From the IMG/VR virus record IMGVR_UViG_3300025658_000004, positions 1 to 36,940 of that record: a DNA stretch of 36,940 nt. The stretch is one strand, 5' to 3'. Position 1 is the first letter of the stretch, and the number at the start of each line of letters is the position of its first letter. A model generated the notes under the pieces. The model ran no database searches. It saw nothing but the letters and a program-made list of their open reading frames with translations, and was not told where the DNA came from. The stretch is from a virus. Lineage: Duplodnaviria; Caudoviricetes. A program made the position numbers and the translations under genes. Shown here one piece after another: positions 8,782 to 18,118 of the stretch.

Positions 8782-9786
8782 ATGGCATCATTAGCAGAAA
8801 TCCGAGCGAAGCTCAAAGAACAAGAAACACGTTCAACAGGTGGTTCAACAAGCGGCGGCGATAACGCAATTTACCCATTTTGGAATATCAAAGAAGGCGA
8901 AAGTACAACTTTCCGTTTCCTTCCTGACGGAGACGCAGACAACACTTTCTTCTGGAAAGAGCGTTTGATGATCAAACTACCGTTCCAAGGTATTAAGGGT
9001 GAGACAGACTCACGTCCAGTACAAGTACAAGTTCCATGTATGGAAATGTATGGTGATGGATGTAACATTCTACAAGAAGTACGTGGTTGGTTTAAAGACC
9101 CTGCTCTTGAAGATATGGGTCGTAAATACTGGAAGAAACGTTCTTATATCTTCCAAGGCTTTGTAACGGACAATCCGCTAACAGACGACACTACTCCTGA
9201 GAATCCAATTAGACGTTTTATTATTGGTCCTCAAATCTTTCAAATTATTAAGCAGGCTCTTATGGACCCTGACATGGAAGAACTACCAACAGATTATACT
9301 GCTGGTGTAGACTTCCGTCTTAACAAAACATCAAAAGGTGGTTATGCAGACTATGGCACAAGCACATGGGCACGTAGAGAGCGTCCATTAGGCGATGCTG
9401 AAATGGCAGCAGTAAACACACACGGCTTGTTTAACATGAGCGACTTTTTACCTAAGAAACCAGGCGAAGTAGAAGTTAAGGTAATGTCAGAGATGTTCGA
9501 AGCATCTGTAGATGGCGAAGCATATGATGCAGAACGTTGGAGTCAATACTTCCGTCCTGCAGGTATGCAAGCACGTACAGGTGATCCAATGAAAGCAGCA
9601 TCACCACAAGCAACTGCTACAAGTCAAAGTGCACCGACACCTGCTCCAGCAGCAGATCCACGCAACGATGACATTCCTTTTAAGTCAACTGAAGAAGCAG
9701 CAGCAGAAGCGGCACCAGCAGCAGCAGCTGAACCTGCAGGCGGAGCACAAGACATTCTTGCAATGATCCGCTCACGTCAAGGTTAA
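8782..9786 (+). CDS. single-stranded DNA-binding protein, T4 gp32-like
   Basis: AGGAGG RBS; FRFLPD, KYWKKRSY, DFRLNK...YADY; Pro/Ala-rich acidic tail; position before uvsX and uvsY. Confidence 0.85.
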   Translation: MASLAEIRAKLKEQETRSTGGSTSGGDNAIYPFWNIKEGESTTFRFLPDGDADNTFFWKERLMIKLPFQGIKGETDSRPVQVQVPCMEMYGDGCNILQEVRGWFKDPALEDMGRKYWKKRSYIFQGFVTDNPLTDDTTPENPIRRFIIGPQIFQIIKQALMDPDMEELPTDYTAGVDFRLNKTSKGGYADYGTSTWARRERPLGDAEMAAVNTHGLFNMSDFLPKKPGEVEVKVMSEMFEASVDGEAYDAERWSQYFRPAGMQARTGDPMKAASPQATATSQSAPTPAPAADPRNDDIPFKSTEEAAAEAAPAAAAEPAGGAQDILAMIRSRQG

Positions 9787-9796
9787 TACGACTATA

Positions 9797-9814
9797 TGGC
9801 CCCTACGGGGGCCA
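9797..9814 (+). other. GC-rich hairpin with a C(UACG)G UNCG tetraloop between gp32 and uvsX
   Basis: TGGCCCC-TACG-GGGGCCA; no downstream U-tract. Confidence 0.75.
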
Positions 9815-9840
9815 ACTATCTAGCTTAATAAGGAGTAACT

Positions 9841-10920
9841 ATGGCTAAATCATTTGATGTTAGTAAGTTCCGTAAGGACTTAACAAAAAGCATATCAGGC
9901 ATGAGTACAGGCTTCAATGATCCAACTGATTGGATTAGCACAGGCTCATATGCACTGAACTATCTTATTAGCGGCGACTTTCACAAGGGTGTTCCGCTCG
10001 GTAAGGTAACTGTATTTGCAGGCGAATCAGGCGCTGGCAAGTCATATTTTTGTGCAGGTAATATTGTAAAACATGCACAAGAACAAGGTATCTTTGTAGT
10101 ACTAATTGACTCAGAGAACGCACTTGACGAATCGTGGCTACACGCACTAGACGTAGACACATCAGAAGAAAAACTACTTAAACTAAACATGAGCATGATT
10201 GATGACGTTGCTAAAACTATTAGTACGTTTATGTCAGACTACAAATCTATGGCAGAAGAAGATCGCCCAAAGGTACTATTTGTAGTTGACTCATTAGGTA
10301 TGTTACTAACACCTACTGATATTGATCAGTTTAACAAAGGTGATATGAAAGGTGATATGGGTCGTAAGCCTAAGCAATTGACTGCACTTGTTCGTAATAC
10401 AGTTAACATGATTGGTAGTTGTAACGTAGGCTTAGTATGTACTAACCACACTTATGCATCACAGGATATGTTTGATCCAGATGACAAAATTAGTGGCGGT
10501 CAAGGCTTTATCTATGCATCAAGTATTGTTGTTGCAATGAAAAAGATGAAACTAAAAGAAGACGAGGCTGGTAATAAGATTTCAGAAGTACGTGGTATAC
10601 GTGCAGGCTGTAAAGTTATGAAGACTCGTTATGCAAAACCGTTTGAAGGTGTGCAAGTAAAGATTCCATACGAAACAGGTATGAATCCTTATAGCGGACT
10701 AGTAGAATTGTTTGAAAAGAAAGGCTTGCTAGAAAAGCAAGGCAATCGTCTAAAGTATATCGACGTAAATGGTGAAGAACACCTTGATTATCGTAAGCAG
10801 TGGATCGGCGACAAGCTTGATATGATCATGAACCAATACGAAGAAAAACTTGCTCCTGTGCTAAATAGTGACACAGTAGATGCCGACCTTATTGATGAAA
10901 ATGAGGAGAGCTTCGAATAA
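9841..10920 (+). CDS. uvsX: RecA-like recombinase UvsX
   Basis: ISTG..LN..ISG, Walker A GESGAGKS, IDSENA, Walker B VVDSLG, NHTY, SGGQGFIYASS; AAGGAG RBS. Confidence 0.95.
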   Translation: MAKSFDVSKFRKDLTKSISGMSTGFNDPTDWISTGSYALNYLISGDFHKGVPLGKVTVFAGESGAGKSYFCAGNIVKHAQEQGIFVVLIDSENALDESWLHALDVDTSEEKLLKLNMSMIDDVAKTISTFMSDYKSMAEEDRPKVLFVVDSLGMLLTPTDIDQFNKGDMKGDMGRKPKQLTALVRNTVNMIGSCNVGLVCTNHTYASQDMFDPDDKISGGQGFIYASSIVVAMKKMKLKEDEAGNKISEVRGIRAGCKVMKTRYAKPFEGVQVKIPYETGMNPYSGLVELFEKKGLLEKQGNRLKYIDVNGEEHLDYRKQWIGDKLDMIMNQYEEKLAPVLNSDTVDADLIDENEESFE

Positions 10921-10939
10921 AATGAGGAGCAATTCTAAA

Positions 10940-11173
10940 ATGAATGAAGAACAAATAGCCGATATTTGGTCTTTGTTTAAAGAATATTTAGACAAAAAAC
11001 AAATCGAACTAGTTGCCGAGAAGTATGTAGATCTTCTTGCTGACTACGGAATAGACGACATTACCTTAAAAGATTGCATTGGTGTAGACGCAAGTCTCGA
11101 CAATGCAATTAGTTATTTCTTACAAATCGACGAAGAAGACTTAGTCGACGAAGATAATGAATGGGAAGACTAA
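10940..11173 (+). CDS. small acidic hypothetical protein
   Basis: ATG at 10940 with GAGGAG upstream; abuts uvsY. Confidence 0.7.
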   Translation: MNEEQIADIWSLFKEYLDKKQIELVAEKYVDLLADYGIDDITLKDCIGVDASLDNAISYFLQIDEEDLVDEDNEWED

Positions 11174-11629
11174 ATGGGATGGTATAGTAATATCAGCAGG
11201 GACATTAACCAGATCCCTGCTGCTATACAATATTTCGAAACAGAACTTGTAGATGCAAAATTAGAAGTAAAACTAAAAGGCAATGTAGAACGTGCAGCGT
11301 CTGAAATGCCTGGTATAGTTGAGCATCGATTTAATCAGCTACAAGAACTAGAAGCCATATTAAACTATTTAAATATTGAGCTGCGAAGACTACGCAGTTC
11401 TTTCTTTAAACAATATCTTGAAAACTATCAACGAGCTCTGTCAAGCCGTGACGTAGAAAAATATGTAGACGGTGAGGCAGACGTTGTTGACTATGAAAAG
11501 ATTATTAACGAGTTTGCGCTAATGCGTAACAAGTGGTTAGGTGTACTTAAAGCTCTTGATCAAAAGCAATGGCAAATTACAAACGTAGTCAAGCTTAGAG
11601 TTGCCGGCATGGAAGACGCATCACTTTAA
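11174..11629 (+). CDS. uvsY: recombination mediator UvsY-like
   Basis: Helical 151-aa protein with LSSRDVEKYVDGEAD and KALDQKQWQITN..KLR..G; downstream of uvsX. Confidence 0.75.
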   Translation: MGWYSNISRDINQIPAAIQYFETELVDAKLEVKLKGNVERAASEMPGIVEHRFNQLQELEAILNYLNIELRRLRSSFFKQYLENYQRALSSRDVEKYVDGEADVVDYEKIINEFALMRNKWLGVLKALDQKQWQITNVVKLRVAGMEDASL

Positions 11630-11637
11630 TATAAATA
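11630..11637 (+). promoter_or_regulatory. exact T4 late promoter TATAAATA at the head of the glycan island
   Basis: TATAAATA straight after the uvsY stop, followed by a GAGGTG RBS and ATG at 11655. Confidence 0.65.
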
Positions 11638-11654
11638 TATTAAGAGGTGCAACA

Positions 11655-12608
11655 ATGAAAATTATAATGAAAGGCTTTCCAGCACCAGTGACTGGTCACT
11701 ATACCCACTGGCAGGAAGGAATGCAAAAACATGGAGATCATTTTGAAATGATCTCAATGAATACTGATCCTAACACTTGGATACAATCTGATTGCTATTT
11801 ACAGCAAAATATGAAAAAACCTAAATGGTATCTTCCTAACAGAATTAATAAGGAAGGAAAACATTACGATTTTATTTCATCATCAAAAAAACCTTTTATA
11901 GTTTATGATGCATCACCTTTTAGAAGATTTGGACAATATAAAAAATATGGATGGTGGAGTTACAAAACACACGAAGGCGAATGGAACACTGATAATGTAG
12001 ATATGGAAAGATGGAATAAATTTGCATCTGCAAATAATGTTGTGTTTAAAGATTGGCACAGTCCTGGAAATAATATATTATTAATGGGGCAAAAATCAGG
12101 TGATAGTGCATTATCAGATCTCTACGACAAAGGGTTATCGCTTGAAGATTGGTTACTATCTACTATATTAGAAATTAGAGCAAACACAGATAGACCTATT
12201 GTGTATCGTGCGCATCCTAGAAGTGTAAAGCATACAAATATTTTTATTAATCAAATAATTAGACAGTATAGAATTTCTAATTTACATATTAGTCCTAACA
12301 CTGAAAAGGGTGCAAATGTCGGTGGCGCTGGGTTATATACTGACTTAAAAAATGCATATTGTGTAGTGACACATTCAAGTAATAGTGGTGTCGAAGCCGC
12401 AGAGCAAGGAATACCGGTATTTGCCTTAAACGCAGGAAGTGCAGTATATCCTATTGCACATCATGATTTAAGTAAAATTGAAAATTTAAACTATAATATT
12501 GATCTTAAAGAATGGCAAAGAAAAATAGCATATACATTCTGGAATACCGACGAAGTTAAAAACGGTAGCTGCTGGTCGCATTTTAAACCTGTGTATTTCA
12601 ATATGTAA
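11655..12608 (+). CDS. KpsS/KpsC-like (Capsule_synth-type) glycosyltransferase, paralog 1
   Basis: LLMGQ...D, IVYRAHP and VVTHSSNSGVEAAEQGIPVF motifs; ATG at 11655 with GAGG RBS. Confidence 0.7.
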   Translation: MKIIMKGFPAPVTGHYTHWQEGMQKHGDHFEMISMNTDPNTWIQSDCYLQQNMKKPKWYLPNRINKEGKHYDFISSSKKPFIVYDASPFRRFGQYKKYGWWSYKTHEGEWNTDNVDMERWNKFASANNVVFKDWHSPGNNILLMGQKSGDSALSDLYDKGLSLEDWLLSTILEIRANTDRPIVYRAHPRSVKHTNIFINQIIRQYRISNLHISPNTEKGANVGGAGLYTDLKNAYCVVTHSSNSGVEAAEQGIPVFALNAGSAVYPIAHHDLSKIENLNYNIDLKEWQRKIAYTFWNTDEVKNGSCWSHFKPVYFNM

Positions 12609-12639
12609 TAAATTTTTATTAATTTTATATATATAAATT

Positions 12640-13935
12640 ATGCTTGTAAATAATCTAGGTATCATTTGGCCTAATAAAAATATATCAACATCTAATGTGT
12701 TAAATAGGCTTAAACAACTATCTAATGTTACTTACGAGTACAAGTTAGAATTAGAAAATTTAAGCCAGTTAATTTTTGATGTGTATTCTTTTGATAAGGG
12801 TTTAAAAGTTTTTAAGGCAGAAAACATTCTTGCTAAATTAGAAAGATTAAAAACACAAGGTCATAATAAAGTAACTTTTGTTGAATTTAGCAATCAAACT
12901 TTTAAACATACTGTAAAATCTAGAAATCAAATAAGAGAAGAATTTAATGCAATGACAGATAGTCCTGCATTTGATATTTTTCATTGTGCATCTAATTCAA
13001 ATGAATATACTCATTTATATAATATTATTTTTAGTACAGCAACATTAAAAAGCTACACTATTCGTCCGCAAATGACTGACAACCTTATTTCTCGACTAAC
13101 AGATTTAAAAAAATGGGCTAGAGACACAAATACATCTCTTTCAGATATTTGTATAGTCGGAGGCGCAGTTTTAGACTTATACGGGTATAAATTATGTGAT
13201 GATATTGATATTGTAATAAAACAATCAATACGAGATGAACGAAATTACGGTTCTAAACCAAAGCTTTTGACAGATGGCATAGACATTGTTAAAAGTAATT
13301 ATTCTCGAAAAAAGAAAATTGGTAAATGGTTTACCGATGACGAATTAATTTATAAACCTAACCTTTTTGTACAAGCATGTGGTATAAAGTTTGCTAGTTT
13401 AAAGATTGTTAATTTTAGGAAACAATATAGTGCTAGGCCTAAAGATCTAGCAGATGTAGAAAAAATTAAATTTAATATGCAGCTTTCCAAAGTACATAAA
13501 ATAGATACAATAGACTTATTGTTTGACGATAGACTAGATATAATTTGTAAATATATGTTTTTTAAAGATTTACAAAATAGCACTCAAGATTCTAAAATTG
13601 AAGATATGTATAGAGATCACATATTCCGCAGGACTAGGGGCAAAGGTGATAATAAAAATTCTATTGATGAATATGTAAGTGCTGCTAAGAAGCTATTTGA
13701 TTCTATGAAGACTAATGGATTTAATTCTTTGTATCCGGTGCCATATACATCTAAAGGGATAAAGAACGGCGCTCATAGAATTGCTTGTGCGTTAGCATTG
13801 GACATTAAACAAATTGATGCAGTAGAAGTAATTAATAATGTTAAGAATTTGCCGTGGGGTGAAGATTTTTTTAACGACAAGGATATTGTTTATTTAAATG
13901 AAGTTAAAACAAAATTAAAAATAGTTCAGACCTAA
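12640..13935 (+). CDS. very AT-rich multi-domain protein (nucleotidyltransferase-like middle domain plus ParB/Srx-like C-terminus)
   Basis: IVGGAVL..YG....DIDIV and RPKDLADV (minimal nucleotidyltransferase-like); SMKTNGF...NGAHRIACALAL (ParB-like). Confidence 0.6.
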   Translation: MLVNNLGIIWPNKNISTSNVLNRLKQLSNVTYEYKLELENLSQLIFDVYSFDKGLKVFKAENILAKLERLKTQGHNKVTFVEFSNQTFKHTVKSRNQIREEFNAMTDSPAFDIFHCASNSNEYTHLYNIIFSTATLKSYTIRPQMTDNLISRLTDLKKWARDTNTSLSDICIVGGAVLDLYGYKLCDDIDIVIKQSIRDERNYGSKPKLLTDGIDIVKSNYSRKKKIGKWFTDDELIYKPNLFVQACGIKFASLKIVNFRKQYSARPKDLADVEKIKFNMQLSKVHKIDTIDLLFDDRLDIICKYMFFKDLQNSTQDSKIEDMYRDHIFRRTRGKGDNKNSIDEYVSAAKKLFDSMKTNGFNSLYPVPYTSKGIKNGAHRIACALALDIKQIDAVEVINNVKNLPWGEDFFNDKDIVYLNEVKTKLKIVQT

Positions 13936-13968
13936 GTATCTTAAACTAAAAAAGTAATAATTACTTGT

Positions 13969-14730
13969 ATGGACATAGTAATTGTTACAGGAGGGTTTGA
14001 TCCTCTACATTCAGGACACATAGCATATTTTGAAGCAGCCGCTAAACTTGGAAAACAGCTATGGGTAGGTGTCAATTCAGATGAATGGCTAATCCGTAAA
14101 AAGGGCAGACCATTTATGCCATGGTCTGAACGTAGTAATATTATAAAAGCATTAGCATGTGTAGATAATGTTTTTGAATTTGATGATAGTGATAACACTG
14201 CTGTAAATGCAATAGGACATGTTCTGTCAACTACGACCGATAATATTATATTTGCGAATGGTGGAGATAGAACCAATACCACAACTCCGGAATACAAAAT
14301 ATACGGAGAATATCCTAGTGTTGAGTTTGTTTTTGGTGTTGGCGGTGAAGATAAAAAGAATTCAAGCAGTTGGATATTAAGCGATTGGAAGTCTCCTAAG
14401 ACAGACCGTCCTTGGGGATTTTACAGAGTGTTAGACACAGGACCAGGCTGGGCAGTAAAAGAACTTACTATAATGCCAGGCAAGAGTTTATCAGATCAAC
14501 GTCATCATCATAGATCAGAACATTGGCATGTAGTACAAGGCACTGTTACTATTGATACTGATTGGAATAATGTGCAGCAGACTACTGACGTACACCCGCA
14601 GCAAAGTTACGACATAGGTAAGCTAGTATGGCACCGCCCACATAACAACACAGACGAACCTGTTAAAATTATTGAAACGTGGTTTGGAGACATACTAGAA
14701 GAATCAGATATAGAACGGAGAGAAGAATGA
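13969..14730 (+). CDS. cytidylyltransferase-like (HxGH) domain fused to a type II mannose-6-phosphate-isomerase-like cupin
   Basis: TGGFDPLHSGH, VGVNSD.WL..KKG, FANGGDR, KKNSSS; then RPWG, VKEL...PG..LS.Q.H.HRSEHW.VV.G. Confidence 0.85.
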   Translation: MDIVIVTGGFDPLHSGHIAYFEAAAKLGKQLWVGVNSDEWLIRKKGRPFMPWSERSNIIKALACVDNVFEFDDSDNTAVNAIGHVLSTTTDNIIFANGGDRTNTTTPEYKIYGEYPSVEFVFGVGGEDKKNSSSWILSDWKSPKTDRPWGFYRVLDTGPGWAVKELTIMPGKSLSDQRHHHRSEHWHVVQGTVTIDTDWNNVQQTTDVHPQQSYDIGKLVWHRPHNNTDEPVKIIETWFGDILEESDIERREE

Positions 14731-15419
14731 AAGTATTTGTAGGATATGATTCGAGAGAAGATATTGCATATCAAGTGTGTAAGCACAGCATTTTAAACAA
14801 ACAGCCTAATGCAACTGTTACTCCGTTGATTCAAAAAGAATTAAGAGAACAAGGTCGTTATACTCGTCCAGTAGACAAACTTGCATCAACTGAATTTACA
14901 TTTACACGTTTCTTAATACCGGAGCTATGTAACTTTAATGGATGGGCGTTGTTTATGGATTGCGATATGATACTGCTTACAGACATCAAAGAACTATTTG
15001 ATCAATGCGACGACAAGTATGCAGTAATGTGTGCGCATCACGATTACACGCCTAAAGAAGGCACAAAGATGGATGGGCAAACACAAACAGTTTATCCACG
15101 CAAAAACTGGTCAAGTGTAATGTTACTAAACTGCGGACATCCTAGCAACAAAAAACTTACACAAGACTTAGTTAATGACGAAAGTATTACAGGTGCATAC
15201 TTACATAGATACAGCTGGTTGGATGATTCTGAAGTAGGTGAAATATCACATGAATGGAACTGGTTAGTAGGTTGGTATAATCAGCCACAAGACGGCAAGC
15301 CTAAGTTGTTACACTACACAGAAGGCGGCCCATGGTTTGAAAACTATCGTAATTGTGAATATCATTACGAATGGAAAACTGAACTCCATGAGATGATGAA
15401 TGATAACGTGCCTAAGTAA
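14727..15419 (+). CDS. GT-A fold glycosyltransferase (GT8-like)
   Basis: VFVGYDSRE, STEFTFTRF, FMDCDM (DxD), YPRKNWSS, EWNWL, HYTEGGPW; ATGA overlap start at 14727. Confidence 0.85.
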   Translation: MKVFVGYDSREDIAYQVCKHSILNKQPNATVTPLIQKELREQGRYTRPVDKLASTEFTFTRFLIPELCNFNGWALFMDCDMILLTDIKELFDQCDDKYAVMCAHHDYTPKEGTKMDGQTQTVYPRKNWSSVMLLNCGHPSNKKLTQDLVNDESITGAYLHRYSWLDDSEVGEISHEWNWLVGWYNQPQDGKPKLLHYTEGGPWFENYRNCEYHYEWKTELHEMMNDNVPK

Positions 15420-16173
15420 AAATAGACAAGACGTCTATATAAACATGTTAGCAAAGGGTGCTAATTTATCTATTACGGACTACCATAATGATTTGCCTAT
15501 TACTCCTGTTGTTATTAGAAGTTTAGCAAAGGCTGATATACTAAAATATAGAAAAGAAAATAATCTTCCTTTTTACTACATGGATACTGGATACACAGGC
15601 GGTCATGAAAAAGTTACAAAAGAAGACCTAAAGCCTATACATCGAATTGTTTATAATGATTTACAACTTAGTGAGATAGTTGAACGGCCAAGTGATAGAT
15701 GGAAAAAGTTTGGACATAATATTAATAATAGACGTACAAATGGAAAATACATACTAATAGTACCACCTTCGGATAAGCCCTGTAGATATTATAATATTGA
15801 TGTTAATAAATGGATACCTGAAGTTAGAAAGTTAATTAGACAACACACTGATCGACCTATTAAAGTGCGGCTAAAAAAGTCTAGACAATATCGTCGAAGA
15901 GTAAAACCTTTATATGCAGATTTACAAGATTGTCATGCACTAGTAACATATCAAAGTATTGCAGCAATTGAAAGTATTTTATTTGGAGTACCTGCTTTTA
16001 CACTAGCACCTTGTGCAGCAGATCCAGTAGCAGACAAGGATCTTAGCCAGCTTGATAACCCAACGGTACAAGATAGAGATAAAATACATAAGTGGGCCCA
16101 TCATTTAGCGTACGGACAGTTTCACGTTAATGAATTAAAAGATGGAACTGCATGGAGAATATTACATGCTTAA
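15400..16173 (+). CDS. KpsS/KpsC-like glycosyltransferase, paralog 2 (lacks HP)
   Basis: YMDTGY, TDRPIKVRLK, LVTYQSIAAIESILFGVPAF, LAYGQF..EL..G.AW. Confidence 0.65.
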   Translation: MITCLSKNRQDVYINMLAKGANLSITDYHNDLPITPVVIRSLAKADILKYRKENNLPFYYMDTGYTGGHEKVTKEDLKPIHRIVYNDLQLSEIVERPSDRWKKFGHNINNRRTNGKYILIVPPSDKPCRYYNIDVNKWIPEVRKLIRQHTDRPIKVRLKKSRQYRRRVKPLYADLQDCHALVTYQSIAAIESILFGVPAFTLAPCAADPVADKDLSQLDNPTVQDRDKIHKWAHHLAYGQFHVNELKDGTAWRILHA

Positions 16174-16190
16174 TAATGTAAGGATATAAG

Positions 16191-17207
16191 ATGAAAAATA
16201 GAATTAATTTGTTTATGTTGAGCGGCGAAAACGATTATTTAAAAACATTATTAAGAGATATGCATTTTGGTATTATTAATTGTTATAGCAAAAACTTATT
16301 AAGCACTAGTGTATCTGATAACAACTACACAATGATTATTGACAAATTATCTAAACAAGAAAAGATATGTGTAGATATGATTTATGCAGAAAAATTTAAA
16401 ACATGTAATGTAGCAATTCAGTTTGGAGGAGTGAAAGCAAGAGAAACATTACATCATGCAATCAAAACAGATATTAAAGATAAAGCAAATAATATTGTTT
16501 TTTTAGAAACTCCGTTGTTAGGCAGAAAAATAGATAATAACAATGCATACGAATATTATAGATTAGGAGTGAATGGTTTTTTAAATGGTGAAGGAGACTT
16601 CAATAATAAAAACTGTCCGGATGACAGATGGCAAATAATAGCAAAAAAATACGGTTATTCTCCTAAATTCAAAGGTTGGAAAGATCATACAAAAGGACCT
16701 ATACTATTAATAACACAATTACCAGGTGATTCTAGTTTACGTCACCAAAATCACGGCGAATGGATTTGTAACACTGTAAGAAAAATAAGGCAACGTACAA
16801 ATAGAGAAATACGTATACGATTACATCCTGCCTTAAGCGAAAAAGGTAAAACAGCTTTATTTGGTGATATTAAAGAGTTGTTTATAAAAAATACACCGGA
16901 TATACATTTTAGCACTAACCAATTTTCATACCAAGATTTTGAAGAGTGCGGAATTGCAGTATCTTATACAAGTGGTACAAGTGTAGAAGCAGTTATACAT
17001 GGGACCCCAGTAATCGCATTAGATCAAGGAAATTTTGCATGGGATATCTCTAGCAAAGATATTAATAATATAATAAAACCTGTACTTGCTGAAACAGCAG
17101 ATGTAAATCAATGGTTAAATGATCTTGCATACAGTCAATGGACTGTTGATGAAATTCGTTCTGGTACTGCTTGGGATCATATTAGACAAGTAATTAAGGC
17201 CGACTAA
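16191..17207 (+). CDS. KpsS/KpsC-like glycosyltransferase, paralog 3
   Basis: TQLPGDSS, IRIRLHP, SYTSGTSVEAVIHGTPV, LAYSQW..E...G.AW; AAGGA RBS. Confidence 0.7.
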   Translation: MKNRINLFMLSGENDYLKTLLRDMHFGIINCYSKNLLSTSVSDNNYTMIIDKLSKQEKICVDMIYAEKFKTCNVAIQFGGVKARETLHHAIKTDIKDKANNIVFLETPLLGRKIDNNNAYEYYRLGVNGFLNGEGDFNNKNCPDDRWQIIAKKYGYSPKFKGWKDHTKGPILLITQLPGDSSLRHQNHGEWICNTVRKIRQRTNREIRIRLHPALSEKGKTALFGDIKELFIKNTPDIHFSTNQFSYQDFEECGIAVSYTSGTSVEAVIHGTPVIALDQGNFAWDISSKDINNIIKPVLAETADVNQWLNDLAYSQWTVDEIRSGTAWDHIRQVIKAD

Positions 17208-18118
17208 TGAAAAATGTAATAGCCTATTTAAAATCTGTACCTAACGAAAAAAATTTAGAAAAACTTGAGGTATTAGAAAACTTTATTTCTGGAGTTAATA
17301 AGTCTAACGATATTGGCGTGCTTTCTGATACTACAAAAATAGAAACTTGTAATCTAGCAGTAATACAGGGGTTTGTACACGAAGATAGTAGAAAAAGTCA
17401 CCATTTAAATTTAAGAAAAGATATTTTAAAAAAGCAAGCAGATGAAAATAATCATACATTAATTATTGATAGTAACTTATTTTTATCATACGATCCTGGA
17501 AACTCAAAACATTATTTACGTTACAGCTTTGATGGAGTGTTTCCTACTACTGGTAATTACTTTTGGGATAATCCTGATCCACAACGATGGAATACTATAT
17601 CAAAAAATTTAAATATCACAGTAAAAGATTGGCGCTTAACCGGCAATCATATTCTTATATGTCTACAACGCAACGGAGGCTGGAGTATGAAAGGTCTAAA
17701 TGTAATGGACTGGTTAAACGAAACGGTAAAAGAAATCCGTAAGTATAGTGATAGACCTATTATTGTAAGAGCGCACCCAGGCGACCGAAATGCACGTAAA
17801 TATCTAAAAAAAGACAAACGTTGGAAAATAAGTGATTCTGAAAGTATATTACAGGATCTAGAGAATGCATGGGCGACTATAACTTATAATAGCTCGCCTG
17901 GAGTTGTTAGTGCAATACAAGGTGTGCCGGTGTTTGTTACTGATCCAACTCCTATAATAAGCCAAGCATATGATGTTGCGAATACTAGATTAAAATTAAT
18001 CGAAACTCCGGGCACATTTGACAGAATACAGTGGCTAAATAAATTATCTATGTGCCACTGGAATTTTGAAGAATTGTCAAATGGTACAGCATGGTCGCAT
18101 ATTAGGAAATATTTATGA
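17207..18118 (+). CDS. KpsS/KpsC-like glycosyltransferase, paralog 4
   Basis: ILICLQR, RPIIVRAHPGD, ITYNSSPGVVSAIQGVPVF. Confidence 0.7.
   Translation: MKNVIAYLKSVPNEKNLEKLEVLENFISGVNKSNDIGVLSDTTKIETCNLAVIQGFVHEDSRKSHHLNLRKDILKKQADENNHTLIIDSNLFLSYDPGNSKHYLRYSFDGVFPTTGNYFWDNPDPQRWNTISKNLNITVKDWRLTGNHILICLQRNGGWSMKGLNVMDWLNETVKEIRKYSDRPIIVRAHPGDRNARKYLKKDKRWKISDSESILQDLENAWATITYNSSPGVVSAIQGVPVFVTDPTPIISQAYDVANTRLKLIETPGTFDRIQWLNKLSMCHWNFEELSNGTAWSHIRKYL

Noticed and set aside
12632-12639. Late promoter TATAAATT directly before ATG 12640
   Set aside because: It is imperfect, has zero spacing to the ATG and lies in an almost pure A/T tract, so chance is likely.
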